From the NCBI GenBank assembly GCA_044892525.1, contig CM097886.1, positions 62,682,001-62,746,000 on the forward strand: DNA of 64,000 nt, written 5' to 3'. Below are positions 26,150 to 38,232 of this stretch, piece after piece; the stretch's first letter is position 1, and each line of letters opens with the position of its first letter. A program made the translations under genes and the position numbers. The notes under the pieces were generated by a model. The model ran no database searches and was not told the origin of the DNA. It was given only the letters and a program-made list of their open reading frames with translations. The DNA comes from Schmidtea polychroa. Lineage: Eukaryota.

Positions 26150-27470
26150 TATACTTATTTTATATGTGCTATTTTTAAATTATATTTTCATCATCCCAAA
26201 TTTATATATAATCATTATAGTTTATAGTTTTGTAGTTAGAATTAATTTACCCTCACTTATAATCCGTCTCGTTATGACTGGAATACATATCTAATTTATA
26301 TATACTATTTATAGTTTATATATAACTATTGATACTTTATATTTTTAACTCAAATACGGTTATAATTTGTATTTTAGGTTATAATTTATATTTTCATAAT
26401 CCACTTATAGGTATAACCATTTATAGTTTCTAATTTTACGGTCATAATACATTTATAATTTATATCTTATATTTGTAATTTATGTTTCTATACTAGGAAT
26501 TATATATCCCCATTTATACCTTATATTTTAAAGCCATAATTTATAATTTATACATTATATTTATGATTGATATTTTTATACTCAAATTTTAGATATAACT
26601 GTTTATACTTTATAATTTCCAAAATCTTCATCTACTTATAATCTTTCGTCTGGTATTTATAATTTAGATTTTTACAACCAGGAATCATACCTCACTGTTT
26701 ATACTTTATATTTTTGGAGTCATCATCCATTTATAATTCGTATATTATGTTTATAATTTATATTTTGTAATTAGGATTTACATATATAACTGTTTGTACT
26801 TGGTAATTTTAAATTATAATGCAATCATAATTCACATTTTATGTTTATGATTTATATTTTATTGTCAAATTTTAAATATATATTTTTACTTTCTAATTTT
26901 AACATCAACAATGCATTTATAATTTGTATTTATAATTTATATTTCTATGATCCAATTTTAGGTATAACTATTTATTTTTAAAGTCTAAACACATTTATAA
27001 TTTATATACTGTGGTTATAGTTTATATTTTTACGATCAAATCTGAGGTATAACTATTTGTACGTTATATTTTTAAAGTCAAAATACATTTGTAATTTATA
27101 TTTTATCTTTATGATTTATCTTTTTATAACCAAATTTTAGATATAGCTCTTTATACTTTACATCTACCAAGTCGAAAATACATTTATAATTTATATTTTA
27201 TATTTATAAGTTATATTTTATAATCAAATTTTAGATATAGCCATTTATGCTTTATATTTATAACGTCAAAATACATTTACGATTCATATTCACATCTATA
27301 ATTTAGATTTGCATAATCCAATTTTTGCTGGAACTATTTATACTCGATACTCTTGAAATCAAAATACATTTATATGATGTCGGTAATTTATACTTTCATA
27401 ATCAAGACTTAGATATAATTATCTATCCTTCAAATTCCTAAAGACAAACTACATTTATAATTTATGGTTT
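26150..27470. repeat. Degenerate AT-rich tandem array, 93-95 bp period
   Basis: (G/A)TC-anchored AAAATACATTT recurs at 27079, 27173, 27267 and 27360; more eroded units extend leftwards; internal TTTATAATTTATATTTT sub-repeats. Confidence 0.75.
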
Positions 27471-28894
27471 ATAATTGGGGGAGGTTAAATTTAGGCTACT
27501 CATTTACAGGTCAGATTTATTAGTTACACAATTAGTTAGATGGCCTTGTCAAGTTAAGTCCTACCTATGCGCATGCCGATTATCGTTAAGAATATCAGTT
27601 CAATTACTTTAACCACGAAGAAAATTTTATTTCACGTTGTTACAGAAGTCTAATTTCGGCCAACGCATAGGTATGGCTGAGCCTTTTTTAATGATATTCA
27701 ACTTTGTTTAGCGACTCCGACTCCGACTCCACGACTCGGAATACCGAAAAAAGGTTAATAATTACTTGTAGAAATTCTTTTACTTGCGCTAGCAAATAAT
27801 GAACACCACACGAAATACACATTTTTATTTCTGCATACATACAATTGTTAGGCCAGAGCCAAAAAAAAGGAGAGCTTGTTTTAATGAGTCGGAAATACAT
27901 AGCATAAAAACTGCACCAAGTTGAATTAAAATTATACACCAAATAACACAAAGTACACAACACATTGAGAATAAAGGAAACACGTATAATAAAACTGAGG
28001 AACACAAGAAGTTGCAATCAAAGAGAGAAATAACGCATTTGGAAAATAAAAATAATAAATAAATAATATTATAAAAGATTAAAAATGATAATTGGTCGAA
28101 TTTACATACGAAGGACCATAATCAAATTAATTAGGGATGTTATAGCTCGTATTTACATACGAAGGAGCTATGGCAAAGAGTGCCATGCTACGAGATGATG
28201 CCTGGCAAATTTTTTACCATTTGACGGCCATAGAACTGACATGAAGTTTTTCTTGTCGGCTGGAATCCGGGTGGAACAGATGGGAAGGTTCTGTTTACCT
28301 GAGGCCTGGCCTCTGAGAAATGGATTGAACTGTTCGGGTAGAAAACTTGGTTGACCGTCAGGTTGAAAAGGCGGATGAAACCTCATGTACAACCCCACTA
28401 AAACATTCCCATTCTAATGACCGATAAGAAAAATCTAAAATTCACATCAGCGACTATTTGTTTTATAGTTTGGCAAAAAGACTGTCTCGGGGAGGTAGTA
28501 ATTAGATCAACATATGTAGAAATTGGAAATGTGGGCAGATCCCTGCTCAAATATTTTGAAGAGCACACTGAATAACATCAATTATTATAGAAAATCTAGG
28601 ACAACATTTATGAACTAAGAAATAAGGGAGGATCCCTGCGCAAAATTTTCGAAAGTAACATTGAATAACATCCAGTAATGAGGACCATAACTAATTGAAT
28701 ATGGAGGGACAATAATCTAAGAAAGGGATAGATAATGAAAAGTGACGTAAAACCTTTTATTGGCAGTCCAGGACTCGAAAATGAAAATGTAATGAGGAGG
28801 AGTTCTAGTAGTAAAGCTCAACTGCTCATTTATTTTCAGCTACTGTGTACATTACCAACAAGGTTGTTGCCTTGGGTACGCAGATGGTATAAAG

Positions 28895-29203
28895 CAGTGA
28901 TTCCGAAACTTTTTTGTCGGCGGAAACCCAACAGTTAAAAAATTAGAATTTAGAAAATAATTTTGTTTTAGTAGTTTTAATGAGCGGCATGACATTGAAT
29001 TTCACATCAAATTTTTTCAATTCTTGAATCAATCGTTGACAAGCTCCCAAAAATAGGAAGTTGTAAACGGCAACAGAATTTTCAGGGCTTTGAAGCACAA
29101 TTCTGGATACGAACTGCGAAAGCTGATCCAAAATTCTGAAATCTCAACTTGTCCAAAAGTGTCAGAGCTCGAAATCTCGTGGAACCCCATTTGGGAATAA
29201 CTG
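28895..29203 (-). mobile_element. 309-bp hAT (Charlie-like) deletion derivative
   Basis: TIRs CAGTGATTCCGAAA / TTTGGGAATAACTG; TSD GTATAAAG/GTATTAAG; internal minus-strand FWISFRSSYPELCFKALKILLPFTTSY dimerisation motif. Confidence 0.85.
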
Positions 29204-30739
29204 GTATTAAGTCAAATAATCATGAAGGCGTTTAGGAAAGAGTCAATGCCAAATACATAAGCAACCCTAGAACATTTAAATGACACACCTCCTAAGCCCT
29301 ACACAATGTTGGATTCACTGCCGGTTGTTTTTAATTAGTTTAACTTCCTATAATTTGGAAATTTGATTGACGAAAAACAAGACAAATCCTTATCCATAAT
29401 TTCCAAGGTGGAAAACACAATATTGCAACTATATAATTCCCGGTCAATAAATTGAACAGAGAAAACCCCTTTTAAATCCTGAATATGAGTAATATCGGAT
29501 TCTTTAGCACAAAATAACCTAATTTGCCTAATAATTAAAATTTCAGTCGGGTGCAATTGCTATAATAGACTAAAAAGAATAATAACTTTATCGCCTAAAC
29601 TATGCAAAACATACCTGTGCGTTAATAAGATACTTCAGGAGTTACAATTTTATCACGTAGTAGATTTTGGAGATAAAAGAAAAACACACCCAATATATAT
29701 TGATAAGACACGGTAAAACGCATGTAAGATTGTGATGAAAGTGAACTTTCCTATTCTTCATTTATTGAAATTGTTAATTGGCCCAATCTTTTCAAAACGA
29801 ATTTGCAAATTACGTCTAAGCATTCAGTCAACCCCCCTCTTTTGCGAATGAGACACCAAATCCAATAGCCTGACTGAGATTACTAACTGAGATTACTAAC
29901 TAGCTTACTTGAAGTTATTTTTATTTTTATAGTCACAGTAATGATGCTAATGTTTTGCTTTATATATTTATCAAAACGAATACCTTCTTATAATTACATT
30001 TGAATAATAATAAAAGGGCTATAAGAGATCAATACTCAATCATTAATATTTCCTTTTCGGCTAGACCTTGGATATCTCAAAAATTTCTGATTCCTAAACT
30101 TCGATAGAGAATTTAAAAGCAAAAAAACGGTAAAAGAAATGAAAAAATTGCCTAACCTTACTTAAGGCCCAATGGCCGACGAATACATCGACATAATAAG
30201 TTTTGCCAAGTGGGACAAGGCGAGAACCCATTCCGGATTACAACACCTTGTCTTCACCAACAAAGCTAATTTACCCGGATATAAGGCATATATCTATAAT
30301 ATTTAAAAATTTATAATCCTAATAAATAATAATAAATAAATATTTAAATTGACATACTTAAACACATATTAAATCAGACATATAGATTATCAGACAAACA
30401 GGCAGAAAACCCACGACTTCGAATGGACAAATTCAAGGGACGGTGCCGAGAACTCAAAAGTACCTAGTTCAATCTCTCTGAAATGCGAAAGCGCCTGAAG
30501 CTGATCCAACAGGCCAAGGGGAAATGAAAACTCTCCTGCTACAAGTCAGACAGCTGGGAACGCAAATATATGAGCGCTTCGTCAACCAGATCACAGCCGC
30601 TCACATAAGGCCAGTAGTGGTAAAGCTAGCCGAGATTACTAAACAAAGGGCGACAATACAGAAAAGGAAACAACCCTGTAAAATATTGAGTTTGATAATA
30701 ATAACAGCAGGCTTAAATTTAATAAAAAATTACAGAAAT

Positions 30740-31863
30740 TCAAAATAATATATTAATTTTATTGGTGATGATTGAATTTGGATTTTTTGAGTAAGGTGGA
30801 GGAAATTGCTCTCAAAATTGCTCTCCTGCCATATTACGAAATTCACGGTAGAAAACCGATGGCTACATAAACTTTTATTTGAGGAATGAGAGTTCAAAAA
30901 TTGTAGGACATGTTGTCTTTGAAAAAATTCATAAGAGATAGAGTTAGGGATCATTGCAAAATTTAAGGAGGTGCGATTTGAATAATTTTCCTTCTTGGGA
31001 ATTAAATATTATTCCGACTCCTATCGAAAAATTTATTTCTCTCATCGTATATATTGACAAATTGGCTGTTGGTTTTATTGATATCATGCAATTTGTCAAG
31101 TTATCTCTTGCATAAGCTTTTAAGACTCGGCCTTCAACTTGTTCTGCTTTTGGTAGTGCAATTATTAGATCCACTTTCCTTATGACTTTGCTACATAGTT
31201 TGATTTTCTTGATTTTTGAATTTCCTCCAATTTGGAGCTGATGATAAATATGTACGAATAAGAGTATTGAAATTATTCAATATGGTTGATATTGATATTT
31301 CTGATTGTCTGCATGATTCTTAAATGATTTTCTTATTGGTTCAGAAAAGATGTGTCCACTGAATTCCAAAGTTGAGAAGCTGATGTTCATGCATTGGCTC
31401 AAGAAGAACCATGGAGACTTCTATCTTTCATTCGGTGCGAAGGTCATTAACATTGGTTGAGCAATAAAATATAACCAGGCACTTATATTTAAAACATACA
31501 TTGATATGAACACACAATTAAGATCTGAATCGACCAGTGAGTTATGTGGAGATTTGTTTAAATTGTATTATAACAGTTTATATGATAAATCAGTTGGAAA
31601 TCTGAAAAAAACGGATGAAGTTGAAGCTTGCAACTCAATTGAAAAGATGAGTGTATGAATATGCCTCAAAATCGACTTTCAGAAAATCCACCAGAATTGC
31701 TGCTCATCTGAATAATGATTTGATATGTTCAGGCAGACCTAGCTGCATCGGTCAATCAGTGCTAGATCTGTCTAAACTACAGATGTATAATTTCCAATAT
31801 AATGAATTGGCGAAATATAGAGCCTTATTTAATTGTGAGATTAATATCGCTCAGAATCAATGA
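30740..31863 (+). pseudogene. Polinton/Maverick-type family B DNA polymerase remnant
   Basis: RVRDHC (about 30941), IPTPIEKFISL, GFIDIMQF, FKTYIDMNTQLRSESTSELCGDLFKLYINSLY, PSCIGQSVLDLSKLQMYNFQY; heavily deleted and frameshifted. Confidence 0.8.
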
Positions 31864-31906
31864 AATATATTTAATATTACATGTAAATAACGGCAATTAA
31901 TTATAA

Positions 31907-32278
31907 GGTACTTCCGTGTTATCTTACCCCCAAAAATTAAATTATAAAATACAATTAAAATAACAATATAAAAAATGAGAGAATACATTATTGATGACGT
32001 TATTGAACATTATTGAACATTAATTTATTAAGGCTATCTGTGATTTATGTGATTATGAAATTATGTGAGTTTATGTGGCGCAAACGTGTTCTAAGCAACA
32101 GTGCCGATGTGTTCGACACTATTCTCAACGACATTGTGGTTTTCTGGCCACCTGGATGACCATTTACAAACTCTTTACAAACATTTGCTGAGCTTGTAAC
32201 TGTGATTTAAAAAATAAATATAATAATTATATGTGTTTTTTTAATTTAATTTTTGGGGTAAGATAACACGGAAGTACC
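31907..32278 (+). mobile_element. Merlin (IS1016-like) non-autonomous element, 372 bp
   Basis: About 36-bp TIR GGTACTTCCGTGTTATCTTACCCC(C)AAAAATTAAATT; perfect 8-bp TSD AATTATAA; internal LCEFMWRKR...DVFDTILNDIVVFWPPG-stop, typical of a Merlin transposase C-terminus. Confidence 0.85.
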
Positions 32279-33958
32279 AATTATAATAAAGTATTCTATA
32301 ATTATTTATATATATATACCTAATAGAGCTAATAAGGTTTAATTAAATACAAATATTGATACATAATAATAACAAATAAAGCAAATTTATTGTATTTTTC
32401 CAGAATTGAATCTACAAAATTGAAATAACCGATTGGATAATAATTGCGAAAAGAATTTGTGAGATTTTGTAAAATCGACGTTGTTAAATAAAGAGTTAAA
32501 GTTGGGGGTTAGAGTTTATAAATTTGTTAGTTAGAAGAATCTTTAAGTTTGATCCAGCACTACTTTATATAGTAGGTTTTTCGTGCATCATTATTTAGTT
32601 CAATAAAACAAGCTGTAATTTTATTGATTTTTAATGATTTCCTATTAATTAAAATCTAGATTCTTTTCCGAATTTTAATTTTTCCCGTAGATTTTCTATA
32701 TATTTTTATTTATTTTTAATTAGTTGGCATTTTCTATCTTAAGGTGATCTTATTTTTACTTTCTCGCATGTTATTAAAGCTTTTTTTTTCTATTTTGTTT
32801 TCATTTTATTACAATTTCCTGATTTTCTACTTGTGTTAAATGGCATTTGACGTCATGGGATTGAATTTTCAGGGTTTTCATAATGTTACATTATCGTATT
32901 GGATGAACAAGAAATATTTAATTACCGTTTCACCCAAAAAACGCATTGAAATTGCCGAAAATAGGTTCAGTATTTATATTTAATTTTGTCTAAGCGAGTT
33001 TTAATTTTCATCAATTTCTAATGCAATTTTTTATTAATTTTCATTCAAATTGTATTCGTAATTTGATAATTTTTATTATTTAGCTCGTTAAATTTTTTTT
33101 GGATTAAAGATTGAATTTGCGGTGACTGGTGGTACTTTGTGAAAAAATTTAAAAATGTGCTCAAAGTCTCATTTAGTATTAAAAAATAGTATCTAGTTGT
33201 GACTCTATACCAGAGAAGATTATATGAAAATTCAAAAATACACATAAAAATTATGCTAAAATTATGCAAAACAAAAATAAAAGACAAATTTTTAAAAAAT
33301 AAAATTATTTTTTAACTTTTTAAGTTAGATTCAAAAAGATGTTTTTAGAAGTCGCTTTTTCTTCGAAATATATTAATTTTCTAATGTGTTTTTAGGTAAT
33401 CCCTAGATTTCCGACAAAATATTTTTTGAAAGAATCCTATCAGTAATACCTTCCAAATATGGTTTAATCACCTTAGTTTCTTCAATGTTTAACGTCAGGC
33501 ATGATCACCATGATCATCTCCTTCTAATTATTTTTTTTCCTAAAAAGCGAAAGAGTGCCCTAATGAAACAGCATCAAAAGAGGTATAAATACTTCAATTT
33601 AAAATTTGACTTTATTAAAATTTGAAGAATTATTTTTTTAAAATTGTAAGGCTTGATTCAAACATAAACACAAAATTTATTAGTCTTATTAATTTATCAA
33701 AATTGTAATATAAAATGTATTTATAATAATTTATTTAAGATAAAATTCAAACTAAAATAATTTTTTAATAATTTTGTTTACTTAAAAGTATAAGTTGACT
33801 TGTACTACTGAATGTAAAAACAATAATCATTACTGAATTATTTATAATTTTAAAGAAATTACTCAATTTTAATTTTATGTGAAATATTAAATATTCAAAG
33901 TAGAATAAAACAAAATTTGCTTAAAAATTGTTTTAATTATAAAAGTTTAAATTGCCAA

Positions 33959-34792
33959 ATGGCTATAGGAAAAACAACCAAAAAGGCACAGAAACTAGGA
34001 CCTAAGAAGGGAAAGAAGAAGGCGTAATTTTTTTATATTCATAATCCGTACAATTAAATAATTATTAGATCTGATCCATTTTTGAAAAAAGAATGGTTTG
34101 TTATTAGAGCACCATCAATGTTTCCTAAAAGATCATTTGCCAGAACAATCGTTACTAAAACTCAAGGAACTAAAATTGCCAGTGAAGGTCTTAAAAACAG
34201 AGTAGTAACAATGAGTTTAGGAGAATTGAACGAGAAAACTGAAGATACCTTCAGAAAATTTTCTCTTCAAATTGAAGATGTTCAAGGAAATCAATGTTTA
34301 ACTTCATTCAAAGGAATGCAATTGACAACTGACAAAATGTGCTCAATGGTGAAAAAATGGCAAACCACCATCGAATGCTTTGCAGATGTAAAGACAACTG
34401 ATAACTTCCATTTGAGAGTATTTGTTATCGCTTTCACCAAAAAAGCACCAAATCAATTGAAAAAGCACACTTATGCACAAGCTCAACAAATCAAATCCAT
34501 TAGAGATATTATGCGTGAAGTTATTCAAATTGAAGTTGCTTCATGCGATATCAAAGAAGTTGTAAAGAAGCTTTGCATTGATTCAATTGGAAAAGATATT
34601 GCAAGAAAATGTTCCTACATTTTCCCATTGACTGACTGCTGTGTAAGAAAAGTGAAGGTTATTAGAAAACCAAAGATGGATTTGACTAAACTCATGGATC
34701 TTCACGGAGATTCAGCAACCACTATTTCAGCAACAGGTGAAATTATTGAACGACCTGATGGCCATGAACCTCCAGTTCAAACCTCTGTTTAA
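33959..34792 (+). CDS. RPS3A: 40S ribosomal protein S3a (eS1), copy 2
   Basis: Exon 1 33959-34023, intron 34024-34068, exon 2 34069-34792; starts MAIGKTT; by eye identical to copy 1 in exon 2. Confidence 0.97.
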
Positions 34793-34893
34793 ATAAATAT
34801 AATTTAAAATATTAAATTGGTAATCTTATTCCCCAGTTCACATTCCCTTGTTCTTTACGGCGGTTTTCAGTTTAAATTGAAATATTTCTTCAG

Positions 34894-35037
34894 AAAATTA
34901 CGTCTTCTTCTTTCCCTTCTTAGGTCCTAGTTTCTGTGACTTTTTGGTTGTTTTATCTATAGCCATTTGGCAATTTAAACTTTTATAATTAAAACAATTT
35001 TTAAGCATACTACTACTTTGAATATTTAATATTTCAC
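34894..35037 (-). pseudogene. RPS3A: Inverted truncated RPS3A copy (upstream region, exon 1 and donor site only)
   Basis: Reverse complement matches 33879-34031; ATG at 34966, exon 34966-34902 reads MAIDKTTKKSQKLGPKKGKKK, followed by GTAATTTT. Confidence 0.92.
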
Positions 35038-38000
35038 TCTGTTATGTTTTAGAATTTATGTTTTGTACAAAACGATAAGCTCAATTTAATGTGAAATAGA
35101 AATCCGAAAATTTTAAAATATTTTTTTTATATAAATGTTTTTTTGTACTAAAAATAAAGCATTTATTTCAGAAAAATCTAGTTCTAATAAAATATCGCAT
35201 TTGATATTAGGCACATACAATCAAACCCTTTTTTGTATAAGAATGGAACTATGATAATTTATGCTTTGTTTAAAAGAGTCCAAAAGGAGTCAGTGATTAA
35301 AAGACATAATATATATATGATATTTACGAGTACCACGGAAAGATCAAGTTCAATTATTCGATTCAAATTATTCTTTTACAAAAAGTTCTTTTGAGTCAGA
35401 AGATCTTGTATCTTAAAATTGTATTTATAAAATTGTATTAAAATTGTATTCATAAAATTTCAAAACTACCAGAAATATCAAAGAAAATGGAGTTTTCTGG
35501 TTTTAAAATATGAAAAATTGTATGGATTCATTTTCTTCTGACCTTTTTAGGAGCTTTTCACTGGCTGTATGCTATTCAGACAGGACTGGGTCTTCCTTAG
35601 GGCAAAAGTAGCATTTGCTAAGGGCGCCAAAGACTTCACTCGATTTGCGCTTAATATTCGAAAAAATAGTTATGAAATGATTTTTTTAAAAGTTAATTGT
35701 ATTTTTTTACGGATTTTTATATTTTGCTTTTTAAAAATATTTCATTACAATTAAATTCATTACAAAATCAATGTATGTATTTCATTTGATGATATAGGTA
35801 TACTCGTATCTTGTTAAAACTATATAAAAAGGAAAATTGCGTTAGAATTTCTATTAGGTATTAAACAATTTACTAAGAAAAAACAGCATTTTAAAATCCT
35901 ATTTTCTAAAAAAACATATATCTAGATCAGATAATTTGTGAACTGAACTTTTAAATACTGTAAAAATTAAATAGGGTGGAAGGTTGGGAGAAAAAAGAAC
36001 AAGAGAGATTGGGTGGAATGTGAATCTGCCTATCGGGCAGTAATTCCAAAGTCACATAGATGAACTTGGATGTGGTAATACACACCAAATATGTGTGTAG
36101 GAAACTAGTGTGATGCTGGCGAGAGCCTAAAAGGTGCGCTTATGCCTGTTTAGGTGGATATCATCCCAAGGTATGAGTTATAATGGTGGCCCAAGAACCA
36201 AAGCCGTGGTCGGTGATCTATCACCAAAGATTTTGACCAACGCCTTTTTGTTGACCATTAACAGTACAAAAAGGGCGATATATTACTTCTATGCCAAGGG
36301 CGTTAAGCGACCTCAAGCCGGCACTGTGTGCAGGTTGTTGTAGACAGTAAAACCTTTACCCTATATCGAGTTTTAAGTGTAATATTTATTTAAACCCAAA
36401 ATTCCATCTTTGCCTTACAACATTTTTATATCCTCAGTAACGAATAGAGTATCTTTCACAAGTAAATAGTTAATTGTAGTTAATTAAGTAGTATTAGTGA
36501 TCTCGAAAATAAAGAAATATTTCAATTGAAACTGAAAATCGCCGTAAAGTACAATGAGCCCCCCCCCAAACTGGAGAATTGGACCGCACAATATGATTTT
36601 TTTAGTTTTAAATATTTAAACATTTTTTTTCCAAGCTTTTATTCAAGTTTATTTATCCGAATTTCTTTTGAGATCTTCTTTTCAATTCAAAAATTTCTGC
36701 TTTTAAATTCCTTCCATTTCTAAATTTTATATTAAAAAAAACACTTCATATAGAAATTTAGATAAATACCTTCTGAGATAATAACAATAAAGCCCATAAG
36801 TTATTTATTTATATCCACAAAATCTAGGAATAGCAATGGTGAAGTAGAAAACAAACCCAGTTCTAAATACACAATAAATCGAAATTTTCGGTAAAATGAA
36901 TATATATATATATATTAATACAAAATTTGTTCCACTTGAAACCAAATATGAATTAAAATATAATAAACTAATTCTGTCAATTGTATTGCACAGCTTTGAA
37001 ATACTTCTCTTCGAAACAAATTCTCAAGTCTACATAGAAATCATAAAACAAAAAAAACAATATATATATATATATATATATATATCCTGTCAAATAATAA
37101 CAAACATAAAAAATATTGTTATTAAAATGATCATCTAATAATTTTGTGATAATCACGATCTTTTGCTTATAAAAATAAAACTAAGCCACGAAATGTGTAC
37201 AACCAACCAAACCATGCATGACTCCGATATCAATAAATAACAGTTCCGCCGAAGCCATGCCCGTATCTAAGAAATAAAAAAAAATATGTGAAACTATATA
37301 TGGAAATCACAGTGAAGGTACAAACATTAATAATAAACTTCAATTCAATCACAACATTATGGACAAATGATCAAATCATTATTACAATGCCGTATATTGT
37401 ATTTCCAGAAATAATAAACAGCCAAATTATTGGCGGAAAATAAAACCTAAATCTAACAAAAATAAAAACGAAAATGACTATTAAAAAAGCTTATCAGATA
37501 TGATTAATAGTCGATTTTCGAGCAGCAACGATTTGATAAATGGAAACATGTACACCTTCAATGTTAATCCTATTATTATGGCCATTACTATAAGGTTTGT
37601 GTTGAAATTGTGGTTTGGTTTGGGTTTGCTTGGATTATTTAAATTTGAAAGACATTGGTGTCACAGAGCTTGTTGGGAATAAATTTATTATTTGTTTGAA
37701 ATTAACCATTGATTACATGGAATTCCCAACCTGAATATAAAACACATAAAGCTTTATACCTAAATTTTCATAGGAAACTATTTTAGAGTAATAGTTTCGA
37801 TGAAAAATGATATAAAATATGAATATTTCAAAGCACTCTTCATTATATAATTTAAATTTAAAAAATGTTTTTAAAAAGTAAAATGATAAAGATATTAATT
37901 TTTAAAAAATTTAATAAAATAATAATAATAATTACAAACTAACTTCGAAAAGGGTTTATAATCAAAAATATCAAAAAACTAAGATGATTTTCAAACGAAA

Positions 38001-38079
38001 TAATGAAATAACCATGACAATGATTTAATTATTAGAAAGCGCAACTCAAACATACATTTTACTATATGTCATCAATAGG

Positions 38080-38116
38080 TAGGGTGACCAGGCAAATTTG
38101 AAAAAAATACGGGACA
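38080..38116 (+). mobile_element. Orphan left end of a Blackjack-like hAT
   Basis: TAGGGTGACCAGGCAAATTTG...ATACGGGACA parallels the left end of the 9023 element. Confidence 0.6.
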
Positions 38117-38163
38117 TTTTAAATATTTTCATTCAAGCCGATTTTAAGTGTTAGACTGTAGTT

Positions 38164-38232
38164 CAGTGTTGTCCAAATTGTGTGCCGCGGCACATTGGTG
38201 TGCCGTGGCGGGTGCCCAGGTGTGGCGTGAAA
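38164..38232 (+). mobile_element. Orphan end of a Charlie-like hAT
   Basis: CAGTGTTGTCCAAATTGTGTGCCGCGGCACA; the TGCCGCGGCACA core is also present in the 6264 MITE. Confidence 0.6.

Noticed and set aside
26150-27470. Tyr/Lys-rich 31-aa coding repeat, or CRISPR-like array
   Set aside because: Period varies between 93 and 95 bp with stops in the frames tried; units are homologous throughout, with no unique spacers
22385-34792. RPS3A duplication as a simple haplotig or false duplication
   Set aside because: Flanks are non-homologous, the copies differ at 2 sites and a third, diverged fragment tracks copy 2; only partial consensus polishing remains possible
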